From Eubacteriales bacterium (GTDB lineage Bacteria; Bacillota; Clostridia; Oscillospirales; CAG-272), in the NCBI GenBank assembly GCA_045577755.1, contig JAZNJA010000055.1, positions 974 through 64,973 on the forward strand: a DNA stretch of 64,000 nt, read 5' to 3'. Both the position numbers and the translations under genes were made by a program. This document shows, piece after piece, positions 28,901 to 37,872 of the stretch (position 1 is its first letter; every line of letters starts with the position of its first letter). The notes beneath the pieces are model-generated. The model saw only the letters and a list, made by a program, of their open reading frames with translations, ran no database searches and had not been told where the DNA came from.

Positions 28901-29746
28901 TCAAGGCTTTTTCGGTGATTTCTCCATGGTCGATCCGGTTTTTCCCCCGTCTGTATCCCGCTTGGAGGGCGGATATCCGAAAAAGGCCACGTAATTCCGA
29001 TAGAAGGTGGTGTAATCCGAGAAGCCGCAGCGGATACAGACCGCCGTAGGCCGCTCTCCCTCCGCGAGCATTTTCCGCGCCAGCATGAGGCGCTTTTCAC
29101 GGATGTACCTTTGCGGTGTCCGGTGCAGCTCCTTTTTGAACAGACGGTACAGGTAGCTTTCGCTCACGTAGAGTCTGTCGGCGATCTGACCGATGTCCAG
29201 GGGGGAGCAAAGATGCCGATTGACGTATCCCAGAAACTCCGAGATCAGAGGGGAGAGCTTCGCCCCCTCGGCGGTGGAGCTCAGGTTCCCCGCCGTGTGC
29301 AGATTCAGAAACAGCTCGGAGAGAAGATGGGACAGAAGCCGCGAAAAGACCTCCTCACTACAGCTCAGTCGGTAGGCATCGCACCGACGGAAAATGTCCT
29401 CGGCCAAGGGGTTGCCCGCCAGGCTCACCACCTCCAGGCCCTCGGGGATCAGCTCCACCCCCTCCACCCCGTGAGCCTTGGGGTCAAAGAGGATATCGTA
29501 CCGCTCATAGCGGGCCCGCCCCTCAATCCGGATGAAGTGATAGCTCATGGGGCGGATCAGGATCAGATCCCCCTTTTTCAGCTTGTATTTTCTGTCCTCG
29601 ATGACGTGGCTGGCGTCCCCGTCCAGAAAGTAGATCAGTTCAAAGGCGTTGTGGGTGTGCATGGAGTAGGCATCGCAGGGCAGATCCTCGGAGATCTCGT
29701 GCTTGAAGAAAACGCGGTTGATGGTTTGGACGTATTCATTGGCCAT
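28901..29746 (-). CDS. AraC-family transcriptional regulator
   Basis: Start re-set to MANEYVQ after GGGAGG. Cupin-like N-domain plus C-terminal dual HTH (...YVSESYLYRLFKK...CGFSDYTTFYRNY). Confidence 0.9.
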   Translation of the reverse strand: MANEYVQTINRVFFKHEISEDLPCDAYSMHTHNAFELIYFLDGDASHVIEDRKYKLKKGDLILIRPMSYHFIRIEGRARYERYDILFDPKAHGVEGVELIPEGLEVVSLAGNPLAEDIFRRCDAYRLSCSEEVFSRLLSHLLSELFLNLHTAGNLSSTAEGAKLSPLISEFLGYVNRHLCSPLDIGQIADRLYVSESYLYRLFKKELHRTPQRYIREKRLMLARKMLAEGERPTAVCIRCGFSDYTTFYRNYVAFFGYPPSKRDTDGGKTGSTMEKSPKKP

Positions 29747-29930
29747 AGCTTTCCGCCTCCCTCGTTTGTTACCATTATTGTACCACATATGTTCACTTTT
29801 TGCAATGCTTTCATGCATATTTCGCTATTTACTTTTCAAAAACTTTATTCTATAATATGAGTAGACGATCTCACGCCCGCCTTGAGCGTTTATGGGGAGA
29901 TCGCGATCAAACCGTAAAGGAGTCGGAATC

Positions 29931-31001
29931 ATGAAAAAGCTGAACGTCGCCATCATCGGTCAGGGAAGAAGCGGAAAGGACATTCACGGAAAATACTTCC
30001 GCGGCGAGGACAATACCCACTACACGGTCAAGTACGTGGTGGACGCAGACGCGTTCCGCCGCGGCGTGGCCGAGGAGATCTACCCCGGATGTCAGACCTT
30101 TGCCCGCTACGAGGAGCTGTTCGCCCCGGAGGATATCGACCTGGTGGTCAACGCCTCTTACTCCGAGATGCACTATCCCATCACGAAAGAGCTTCTGCTC
30201 CACGGCAAAAACGTTCTGGTGGAGAAGCCCTTCGGCCGTACCCGCTACGAGTGCGACGAGCTGATCAAGATCGCGGGAGAGCGGGGCGTGACCCTGGCCG
30301 TGTTCCAGCAGACCTTCCTGGCCCCCTTCTATGAGTTCGTGTACGACACCGTCAAGTCGGGCAAGCTGGGGGAGGTCAAGCAGATCGGCATCCGCTACAA
30401 CGGCTTTGCCCGCCGCTGGGACTGGCAGACCCTCCAGAAGAAGTGCGCCGGAAGCACCTACAACACGGGGCCTCACCCCATCGGTATGGGTCTGGGCTTC
30501 CTGGATTTTGACCCCAACGCCAAGGTGGTCTACAGCCGCCTGGACACCGCCCTCACCAGCGGAGATGCCGACGACTACGCCAAGATCCTCCTGGCCGCCC
30601 CGAACAAGCCCTTGATCGACATCGAGATCTCCTCCATCGACGCCTACTCGGGCTACAATATCAAGGTCCAGGGCACCAAGGGTACCCTCAAGGCCACCCC
30701 CGCCTCCTATGAGATGACCTACATCGTGGAGGGCGAGAACCCCGACCGCCCCGTGATCGAGGCGTCTCTGAAGGATGAGAACGGAAACCCCATCTATTGC
30801 GGGGAGTCCCTGGTCAAGCACGTGGAGGGGAACTCCTTCAACGGCACCGCCTTCGATATCGGTACCGCCAAGATGTACGACCAGATCTACCACAAGATCA
30901 CCGAGGGCAGACCCATGACCGTCACCCCCGAGATGGCGGCGGCGGTGATCTCGGTCATCGAGACGGTCCACGCCGAAAATCCCCTGCCCCTGATATATTG
31001 A
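29931..31001 (+). CDS. Gfo/Idh/MocA-family oxidoreductase
   Basis: Start re-set to MKKLNVAIIGQGRSG (Rossmann) after AAAGGAG. Contains the EKP motif (VLVEKPF). Confidence 0.9.
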   Translation: MKKLNVAIIGQGRSGKDIHGKYFRGEDNTHYTVKYVVDADAFRRGVAEEIYPGCQTFARYEELFAPEDIDLVVNASYSEMHYPITKELLLHGKNVLVEKPFGRTRYECDELIKIAGERGVTLAVFQQTFLAPFYEFVYDTVKSGKLGEVKQIGIRYNGFARRWDWQTLQKKCAGSTYNTGPHPIGMGLGFLDFDPNAKVVYSRLDTALTSGDADDYAKILLAAPNKPLIDIEISSIDAYSGYNIKVQGTKGTLKATPASYEMTYIVEGENPDRPVIEASLKDENGNPIYCGESLVKHVEGNSFNGTAFDIGTAKMYDQIYHKITEGRPMTVTPEMAAAVISVIETVHAENPLPLIY

Positions 31002-31011
31002 GGTGAAGGCT

Positions 31012-31881
31012 ATGAAACGGATCGCCATACTGGGCTGTGAGAATTCTCACGCCAACGCGTTTCTGAAGTTTATCCAGGAAAGAGAAGAATTCTCCGACGT
31101 AGAGGTCGTGGGCGTGTACAGCGATCAGAGAGAGGCGGCGGAGAAGCTGAATCAGCAGTTCGGCGTGTCCGTCCTGGAGAACTACGCCGATGCCGTAGGT
31201 CAGCTGGACGGTCTGATCGTCACCGCCCGCCACGGAGACAATCACTACAAGTACGCAAAGCCCTACATCGACAGCGGCATCCCCATGTTCATCGACAAGC
31301 CCATCACGGTGAGCGAGGAGGAGGCGGTGGTCTTCATGAGGCGGCTCAAGGAGAAGAGCATCCCCATCTCGGGCGGCTCCTCCCTGAAGCAGGATGTATA
31401 TGTCAAGAAGCTAAAGCAGGCCGCAACGGACCGCGCAGGGGGAGCCACCCTCGGGGGCTACGTCCGCGCGCCCTACCAGAAGGAGAACCCCTACGGGGGC
31501 TTCTACTTCTACGCTCAGCATCTGGTAGAGATGGTCTGCGAGATCTTCGGCCGCTTCCCTCTTGCGGTGACGGCCAAGGAGAACGGAGGGCAGATCCACG
31601 TGCTGTTCCGCTATGAGGACTACGATTGCGTGGGTCTGTTCTGCGATAATAACTACCACTATTACGCCTCCCGCATGGCCGAGTCCGACGCGCAGAGCTT
31701 CACGATCCCCTCCACCGAGGATTGGTTCTACGAGGAATTTAAGGAGTTCTACGGCCTCCTGTCGGGAGAGCCGCAAACGGTCACCTATGAGGAGTTCATC
31801 TCCCCCGTGTTCATCATGAACGCCATTCAGCGGTCCTTGGTGAGTGGTACGGAAGAGGCCGTCAGGCGGGCCGGGCTGTAA
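31012..31881 (+). CDS. Gfo/Idh/MocA-like oxidoreductase (short form)
   Basis: MKRIAILGCENSHA Rossmann start after GAGGTGA, and FIDKPIT motif. Confidence 0.8.
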   Translation: MKRIAILGCENSHANAFLKFIQEREEFSDVEVVGVYSDQREAAEKLNQQFGVSVLENYADAVGQLDGLIVTARHGDNHYKYAKPYIDSGIPMFIDKPITVSEEEAVVFMRRLKEKSIPISGGSSLKQDVYVKKLKQAATDRAGGATLGGYVRAPYQKENPYGGFYFYAQHLVEMVCEIFGRFPLAVTAKENGGQIHVLFRYEDYDCVGLFCDNNYHYYASRMAESDAQSFTIPSTEDWFYEEFKEFYGLLSGEPQTVTYEEFISPVFIMNAIQRSLVSGTEEAVRRAGL

Positions 31882-31983
31882 GACCGCGCAAAAAACCGTG
31901 AGACGAGAAACGGCTATCCGAAAAAGAGAGGGCTATTGAGCCAATATTTTAAATTTGGGTTTGTCGGTGAGTTGTTGTTGCGG

Positions 31984-32070
31984 TCATCCTGAGCGGAGGG
32001 CGAAGCCCGAAGTCGAAGGATCTCTTGTCGGCAAAGGAGATCCTTCGACTCCGCCGCAAGCGGCTCCGCT
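31984..32070. repeat. 87-nt imperfect inverted repeat (REP/MITE-like intergenic element)
   Basis: Arms GTCATCCTGAGCGGAG...GTCGAAGGATCTC and GAGATCCTTCGAC...CTCCGCTCAGGATGAC. The outer 16 nt and inner 13 nt are perfectly complementary and the middle is mismatched. Confidence 0.7.
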
Positions 32071-32159
32071 CAGGATGACAGCCCACAAGTGGGAAAAAAA
32101 CAGACCGATAAACCCCAATTTGCATCACTGCTGAACAACAACGAAAGGAGTCGATCCCC

Positions 32160-32918
32160 ATGAAAGCATATAAAAAAGACCTGCTGGCGATACAGATCCA
32201 CGACACCCGCGCCGAGATGGGTGCCGCCGCCGCGAGGGATATCAAGGCCTGTATCCTGTCCCTTCTGGAGCGGAAGGAGACCATCAACATGATCTTCGCC
32301 GCCGCCCCCTCCCAGAACGAGGTGCTGTGGGGCTTGGCCACCGACAAGGAGATCCCCTGGAACCGCGTCAACGCCTTCCACATGGACGAGTACATCGGTC
32401 TGCCCGCCGACGCGCCCCAGGGCTTTGGCAACTTCTTGAAGGAGCATATCTTCGGGTTGGCCGACTTCAAGGAGGTTTTCTACATTGATATCACCGCCGA
32501 GGACGCCGAGGCCGAGTGCGACCGCTACGCCGCCCTGCTCCGACAGTACCCCACCGATATCGTGGTCATGGGCATTGGCGAGAACGGTCACATCGCCTTC
32601 AACGATCCCCCCGTGGCGGATTTTTCCGACCCCAAGGCGGTCAAGCCCGTGGAGCTGGATCCCATCTGCCGCAACCAGCAGGTCCACGACGGGTGCTTCG
32701 CCAGACTGGAGGACGTCCCCAAGACCGCCATCACACTGACCGTCCCCACCCTTTTCGCGGGGGACCACCTCTTCTGCATCGTCCCCGCCAAGACCAAAGC
32801 AGAAGCCGTCTGCGCCACCCTGTGCGGTGAGATCGGGGAGGCCTGCCCCGCTACGGTCCTGCGCCGCCATAGGAGCGCTGTTCTGTATCTGGACGGCGAC
32901 AGCAGTGCCCTGCTCTGA
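32160..32918 (+). CDS. nagB: glucosamine-6-phosphate deaminase
   Basis: 252 aa. NagB/6-phosphogluconolactonase-family motifs (INMIFAAAPSQ; MGIGENGHIAFNDP). Adjacent to nagA. Confidence 0.9.
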   Translation: MKAYKKDLLAIQIHDTRAEMGAAAARDIKACILSLLERKETINMIFAAAPSQNEVLWGLATDKEIPWNRVNAFHMDEYIGLPADAPQGFGNFLKEHIFGLADFKEVFYIDITAEDAEAECDRYAALLRQYPTDIVVMGIGENGHIAFNDPPVADFSDPKAVKPVELDPICRNQQVHDGCFARLEDVPKTAITLTVPTLFAGDHLFCIVPAKTKAEAVCATLCGEIGEACPATVLRRHRSAVLYLDGDSSALL

Positions 32919-32925
32919 TTGCCCC

Positions 32926-34077
32926 ATGAAAAGAATTAAGTCTGACAAGATCATACTGGAAGACCGTATCTTTGACGGATACGTGTACTTCGAGGACGGC
33001 ATCATCACCGACGTGACCGCCGAGGAACGCCCCGCCGACGAGGTCTATGACATGACGGGCTACTACGTCAGCCCCGGCTTCATCGATATCCATGCCCACG
33101 GTGGCGGCGGGTACCGCTTTGAGGGCAGTACCGAGGAGATCGTGAACGGTTGCAACTTCCACTTGAAGCACGGCACCACCTCCATCTGTCCCACAGTGTC
33201 AGCCGCTCCCTTTGCCTCCATGGCAGAGTCAGCCCAAAGCATCCGCGCCGCCATGGCCGATCCGCGGGTGCAGGGTACCATCCTGGGCGTTCACATGGAG
33301 GGTCCTTACCTCTCTGCCAAGCAGGCGGGAGCCCAATGTCCTACCCACATCACCGCCCCTGTGGAGGAGGACTATCTGCCCTTCATCCGAGAGAACGCCG
33401 ACGTCATCGCCCGCTGGACCTACGCGCCCGAGAACGATACCGAGGAAAAGTTCGCCAAGACCCTACAAAAGTACGGCATTATCGCCTCCGCGGGGCATAC
33501 CGACGCCATTTACGACGATATGCGGAGAGCTTTTGAGAACGGTTGCTCCCTGGTGACCCATCTCTACTCCTGCACCTCCACGGTCACCCGCGACCGCGGC
33601 TTCCGTCGGTTGGGGGTCATCGAGACGGCCTACCTGATGGATGATCTGTTCGTGGAGATCATCTGCGACGGCAAGCACCTGCCCTCCGAGCTGATCCGTC
33701 TCATCCACAAAGTCAAGGGAGCCGACCGCATCGCCCTGGTCACCGACAGCCTGGCCCTGGCGGGGACCGAGCAGACCCACGGATTCATGCAGGACACCGA
33801 GTTCATCATTGAGGACGGCGTCTGCAAGCTCATGGACCGCTCCGCTTTCGCGGGGAGCATCGCTACGGCGGATCGCCTGGTGCGGGTGGCCGTGAAGGAG
33901 GCGGGTATTTCCCTTTCCGACGCGGTGAGGATGATCACCCTGACCCCCGCGCGGATCATGGGCTTGAAAAGCAAGGGGCGCATCGCCCCGGGAGCAGACG
34001 CGGATCTCGCCATCCTTGACGGGGATATTCGGGTCATAGGAGTGTTTGCTAAGGGATCTCCCGTCCGGGACGCGTGA
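32926..34077 (+). CDS. nagA: N-acetylglucosamine-6-phosphate deacetylase
   Basis: Start re-set to MKRIKSDKIILEDRIF. Metal-binding FIDIHAHGGGG motif. Amidohydrolase fold. Confidence 0.92.
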   Translation: MKRIKSDKIILEDRIFDGYVYFEDGIITDVTAEERPADEVYDMTGYYVSPGFIDIHAHGGGGYRFEGSTEEIVNGCNFHLKHGTTSICPTVSAAPFASMAESAQSIRAAMADPRVQGTILGVHMEGPYLSAKQAGAQCPTHITAPVEEDYLPFIRENADVIARWTYAPENDTEEKFAKTLQKYGIIASAGHTDAIYDDMRRAFENGCSLVTHLYSCTSTVTRDRGFRRLGVIETAYLMDDLFVEIICDGKHLPSELIRLIHKVKGADRIALVTDSLALAGTEQTHGFMQDTEFIIEDGVCKLMDRSAFAGSIATADRLVRVAVKEAGISLSDAVRMITLTPARIMGLKSKGRIAPGADADLAILDGDIRVIGVFAKGSPVRDA

Positions 34078-34110
34078 GTCGCGGGCAACCGATCGGATCC
34101 CGCCCCAAAA

Positions 34111-34166
34111 GGGGCTGAGTCAACTGCTTTCGGTGAAAGCAAGAGACTCAGCCCCTGTATTTTTTC
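34111..34166 (+). terminator. rho-independent terminator after nagA
   Basis: 11-bp stem GGGGCTGAGTC / GACTCAGCCCC with a structured loop, followed by TGTATTTTTT. Confidence 0.7.
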
Positions 34167-34286
34167 AGGAGGAGCGGGCAACGCCCCTCCTGATGTCGTA
34201 TCGGCATCCGCCTGCGGCGGCGCACGTACGGCTATTTCGCGTTACAGCCGACGGATCTTGGGAATGGCGACCGAGGTCATCTTCCC

Positions 34287-34315
34287 TTGATAAATTCCAT
34301 AACAAATGGTATGAT
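34287..34315 (+). promoter_or_regulatory. candidate promoter P1 (distal) of 34507 gene
   Basis: TTGATA-17 nt-TATGAT. Part of a duplicated 48-nt block. Confidence 0.5.
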
Positions 34316-34401
34316 ACATTTGTGGATTTTCTGCATTTTCCGCTTTTTCATCGGCCTGCGTAGATCGTGGGCTGATTTCCTTGTGTGCAAACTATTTTCC
34401 A

Positions 34402-34430
34402 TTGACAAATTCCCCGTTGTATGCTATGAT
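34402..34430 (+). promoter_or_regulatory. candidate promoter P2 (proximal) of 34507 gene
   Basis: TTGACA-17 nt-TATGAT. Second copy of the duplicated block. Confidence 0.6.
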
Positions 34431-34506
34431 ATATTTGTAGGTTTTCCACAGAGAACCCCACAATTCCACAAGGAGAACGCTCAAGCCCCTTGAGCCGTAC
34501 ACCGTC

Positions 34507-36852
34507 ATGATGAAAAAGCTGCTTTGCGGCATTCTGGCCGCTCTCATGCTCCTGTCCGCCGTTGCCTGTACGGGCGGCGACACCACCGACACGGAGGGCG
34601 ACACCACCGCCACCCCTCCCGCTACCGACGCCCCCACCGAGGCACCCACCGATGCGCCTACCGAGGCACCCACCGAGGAGGCCACCGAGCCTGAGCCCGA
34701 GACCGAGCCCCCCATTGAGATCGAGGTTCCCGCTTACGAGGATATCGGCCTGGACGACCTCATGGCCGGCACCGACGACCGTCTGAATCTCACCTACAAT
34801 TTCGCTGACTATACCTACAGTCAGCTGAAGAACGACAACAATCTGGTCTTCACCTCCCAAACGGACTACGTGGTGGACGGGGACGGCCTGACCCTCACCG
34901 ACGACGGCTGGAACAGCGTAGGCTTTGCCCACACCCTTGTGGGTGAGTACACCGCCAAGGCCTCCATCATCAACCGCGGTGCTGAGAACAACGTCCGCAC
35001 CATCATGATGGGCTGCCGTGTCACCCGCTCGGATCACCTCTACATCGACAGCGGTCTGTGGTTTACCTTCTCGGCAAAGGCGGTCTACGTCCACGTCAAG
35101 AACGGCTTTACCACCCTGATCCGTAACGATTTCAGCTTTGACGCCGCGAAGGGCCTGAATATCACCCTCAAGGACGACGGCACCACCATCCAGTGCTACG
35201 TCAACGGCGCGGTCATCGCCAAGGCCGTGGTGGAGGGAGACACCTTGGCTGTCTACGATACCAGAGGCAACGAGGTCGCCCGTACCCCCGATCTGGAGCG
35301 TATCGCCCACGGGGACACCCTGGGCTTTGTGCGCACCATGTCCCACTTTGCCAACTCCACCACCAAGTCTATGAGCCTGGAGGCCGGCACCGTGATCCCC
35401 TACTCCCCCAGCGACGTCTGCGCCGAGCTGAAGGATGGCTACACCTACCTGCTCTGCGATAAGACTCAGGTCAAGGCCAAGTACCCCATTACCCTCCACG
35501 ACGGCGTTACCCTCATGGACGCCAATGCCGCCGCTACCCTCTTCGGCTTCAAATGCGCCGTCTCCGAGGACGGCACCACCGCCACCCTGACCCGTGACGG
35601 CGCCACCCTCACCTACAAGGTGGGCTCCGCTCAGGTGGATCTCAACGGCAAGACCTACGCCTGCCCCACCACCGTCTCCCGCGGCGGCAGTATCCTCATC
35701 TCCGCCGACTACCTGGCCCGCTGGATGGGCTACACCGTCACCCCTGCCGACACCTCGGTCTACGTGACCGCCACCCCCGCCGCCCTCACCGACGAGCGCA
35801 AGCAAGCCCTGACCGAGCGGTATCAGCTCTACAAGGACATCATCTACAACTACGACGACGTTGAGATCGATCAGATCGGCGTGGGTGTCTATGAGACCAC
35901 TCCTTACGAGGACCGTCTGGTGGGCATCGCCTACTCCACCTGGCTCTGCACTAAGATCATCACCTGGGGCAAGAACACCTGGGATACCCCCCTGTACGGG
36001 AACTACCTCTCCGACGACCGCGAGATGATCGCCAAGCACGCCGAGCTGCTCCGCGACGCGGGTGTGGACTTCGTCTTCGTGGATTGGACCAATAACACCA
36101 CCTACGACCCCGCCACCATGCGGGATTCCCTGTCCGACTTCCGCATGATCGAGGATGCCACCGAGCTGCTCTTTGAAATTTGGTCCCAGATCGAGGGTGC
36201 TCCCAAGATCTGCATCTTCGCGGGCCCCGGCCACTCGGGCATCGAGAACGTCAACAACGGCAAGCACCAGAAGAAGGTGGATCAGATCTACTCCTCCTTC
36301 GTGGAGAAGTACCCCGATATGTACTTCCAATACGAGGGCAGACCCCTGCTCATGTGCTACGGCGCTACCCCCAACCAGTACGGTGCCCGTCCCAGATGGA
36401 AGGACGACCGCTTTACCATCCGCTGGGTCACCGGCTACGTGGGCCAGCAGGGGGATCTGCACAACGACAAGGATATGTCCTCCCGCAACCGCTGGTGGAG
36501 CTGGGAGGAGAGAGGCCTGCAGGCCTACTCGGTCTCGGATGGCCGCGTGGAGTGCGTCACCTGTACCGCCGCCAGCCGTCCTCAGGGCACCGAGGGCAGT
36601 GCCGGCTATATCCCCGCCTACGGCCGCGAGAACGGTCTGACCCTTAAGAAGCAGTTCCAGCGCGCCAACGATCTGGGCGCGGGCATGGTCATCCTGGTCT
36701 CCTGGAACGAGTGGACCAAGGGCGAGCAGCCCTCCCCTGAGGTCTCCAAGGATCTGGAGCCCTCGGTGATCCACGGTACCTTCTACTACGACCTCCTCTG
36801 CGAGCAGATCAAGAAGTTCAAGGGACAGGTCACGGTAGACAGCGAAGAATAA
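34507..36852 (+). CDS. multidomain lipoprotein: T/P/E/A linker, LamG-like domain, copper-amine-oxidase-N-like stalk, GH99-like TIM-barrel hydrolase domain
   Basis: 781 aa with signal and lipobox MMKKLLCGILAALMLLSAVAC. TDAPTEAPTDAPTEAPTEE linker. C-terminal region has VDFVFVDWTNN and VSWNEWTKGEQ (SWNEW-type motif as in GH99-like enzymes). The domain calls come from motif recognition only. Confidence 0.8.
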   Translation: MMKKLLCGILAALMLLSAVACTGGDTTDTEGDTTATPPATDAPTEAPTDAPTEAPTEEATEPEPETEPPIEIEVPAYEDIGLDDLMAGTDDRLNLTYNFADYTYSQLKNDNNLVFTSQTDYVVDGDGLTLTDDGWNSVGFAHTLVGEYTAKASIINRGAENNVRTIMMGCRVTRSDHLYIDSGLWFTFSAKAVYVHVKNGFTTLIRNDFSFDAAKGLNITLKDDGTTIQCYVNGAVIAKAVVEGDTLAVYDTRGNEVARTPDLERIAHGDTLGFVRTMSHFANSTTKSMSLEAGTVIPYSPSDVCAELKDGYTYLLCDKTQVKAKYPITLHDGVTLMDANAAATLFGFKCAVSEDGTTATLTRDGATLTYKVGSAQVDLNGKTYACPTTVSRGGSILISADYLARWMGYTVTPADTSVYVTATPAALTDERKQALTERYQLYKDIIYNYDDVEIDQIGVGVYETTPYEDRLVGIAYSTWLCTKIITWGKNTWDTPLYGNYLSDDREMIAKHAELLRDAGVDFVFVDWTNNTTYDPATMRDSLSDFRMIEDATELLFEIWSQIEGAPKICIFAGPGHSGIENVNNGKHQKKVDQIYSSFVEKYPDMYFQYEGRPLLMCYGATPNQYGARPRWKDDRFTIRWVTGYVGQQGDLHNDKDMSSRNRWWSWEERGLQAYSVSDGRVECVTCTAASRPQGTEGSAGYIPAYGRENGLTLKKQFQRANDLGAGMVILVSWNEWTKGEQPSPEVSKDLEPSVIHGTFYYDLLCEQIKKFKGQVTVDSEE

Positions 36853-36870
36853 TCTTTAAGGAGAACCGCC

Positions 36871-37764
36871 ATGAAGCTACGCGATATTCATCTCCGAGAC
36901 CCCTTCATCTTTGCCGAAGATGGCGTATACTACCTCTACGGCACCCGTCGCGGCCCAAGCACTAAGGTCATTCCCTGGCAGGGCCTGGACGTCTACACCT
37001 CCACCGACCTGATCGAGTGGAGCGAGCCGCGGGAGTGCTTCACCCGTCCCAAGGACTTCTGGTCGGACAGAGACTTCTTTGCTCCCGAGGTCTACCACTA
37101 CGGTAATGCCTACTATATGTTCGCCAGCTTCCGCGGCGGGAATATCACCCGCGCCTCCCAGATCCTGAAGAGCGACAGCCCCATGGGCCCCTTCCTTCCC
37201 TTCACCGACGGTCCCATGACCCCTGTGGACTGGACCTGTCTGGATGCCACCCTGTACGTGGACGAGGAGGGCAAACCCTGGACTGCCTTCTGCCACGAAT
37301 GGACCCAGGTGGGTGACGGCACCATCGAGATCATGCCCCTGTCGGCGGATCTGACCGCCCCCGTAGGCGCCCCCGAGACCATCCTCCGCGCCAGCGGTGC
37401 CGCATGGTCCTACTCCCTGGTGGATCCCACCTCCCGTAACTACGTTACCGACGGTCCCTTCTTCCGCAAGGGCAAGAACGGTAAGCTGTATATGCTCTGG
37501 TCCGGCTTCCACGCGGGCCCTCAGTACTGGTACGTCCAAGCCCTGGCCATCAGTGACAGCGGCAGCATCCACGGTCCCTGGCGGCACGCCGATGACTTCA
37601 TCTACGATGAGGACGGCGGTCACGGCATGATCTTCGACGGCTTTGACGGAAATCTGTATCTCATTCTCCACAGCACAAACGTCAACCCCAATGAGCGTCC
37701 CCGCCTGTTCCACATTCAGGAGACCGACGACGGCTTCCAGATTCTGGAGCGGATCGATACGTAA
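36871..37764 (+). CDS. GH43-family glycoside hydrolase
   Basis: 297 aa. MKLRDIHLRDPFIFAEDGVYYLYGT N-terminus with the catalytic Asp context. No signal peptide. TAAGGAG RBS. Confidence 0.9.
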   Translation: MKLRDIHLRDPFIFAEDGVYYLYGTRRGPSTKVIPWQGLDVYTSTDLIEWSEPRECFTRPKDFWSDRDFFAPEVYHYGNAYYMFASFRGGNITRASQILKSDSPMGPFLPFTDGPMTPVDWTCLDATLYVDEEGKPWTAFCHEWTQVGDGTIEIMPLSADLTAPVGAPETILRASGAAWSYSLVDPTSRNYVTDGPFFRKGKNGKLYMLWSGFHAGPQYWYVQALAISDSGSIHGPWRHADDFIYDEDGGHGMIFDGFDGNLYLILHSTNVNPNERPRLFHIQETDDGFQILERIDT

Positions 37765-37776
37765 GCAAAAATATAA

Positions 37777-37813
37777 AGATTGGATGGTCCTTGCGGACTA
37801 TCCAATCTTTTTT
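37777..37813. terminator. rho-independent terminator between convergent genes
   Basis: AGATTGGATGGTCC ttgc GGACTATCCAATCT followed by TTTTTT, with an A-rich 5' flank. Confidence 0.7.
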
Positions 37814-37872
37814 CATGGCGACGCTTCCATCGGGCGGTGAATTCGGCGCAAGAGCTGAACGGCATCGTGAGA

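Noticed and set aside
31949-33008. 173-aa and 312-aa minus-strand ORFs spanning the inverted-repeat element and nagB
   Set aside because: They are antisense to nagB and read through the REP-like palindrome. They show no family features.
34600-34720. Short tandem DNA repeats (cccaccgaggca-type) that could be mistaken for a CRISPR or VNTR locus
   Set aside because: They are in-frame coding repeats for the TDAPTEAPTEAP linker of the lipoprotein. There is no spacer/repeat organisation and there are no cas genes.
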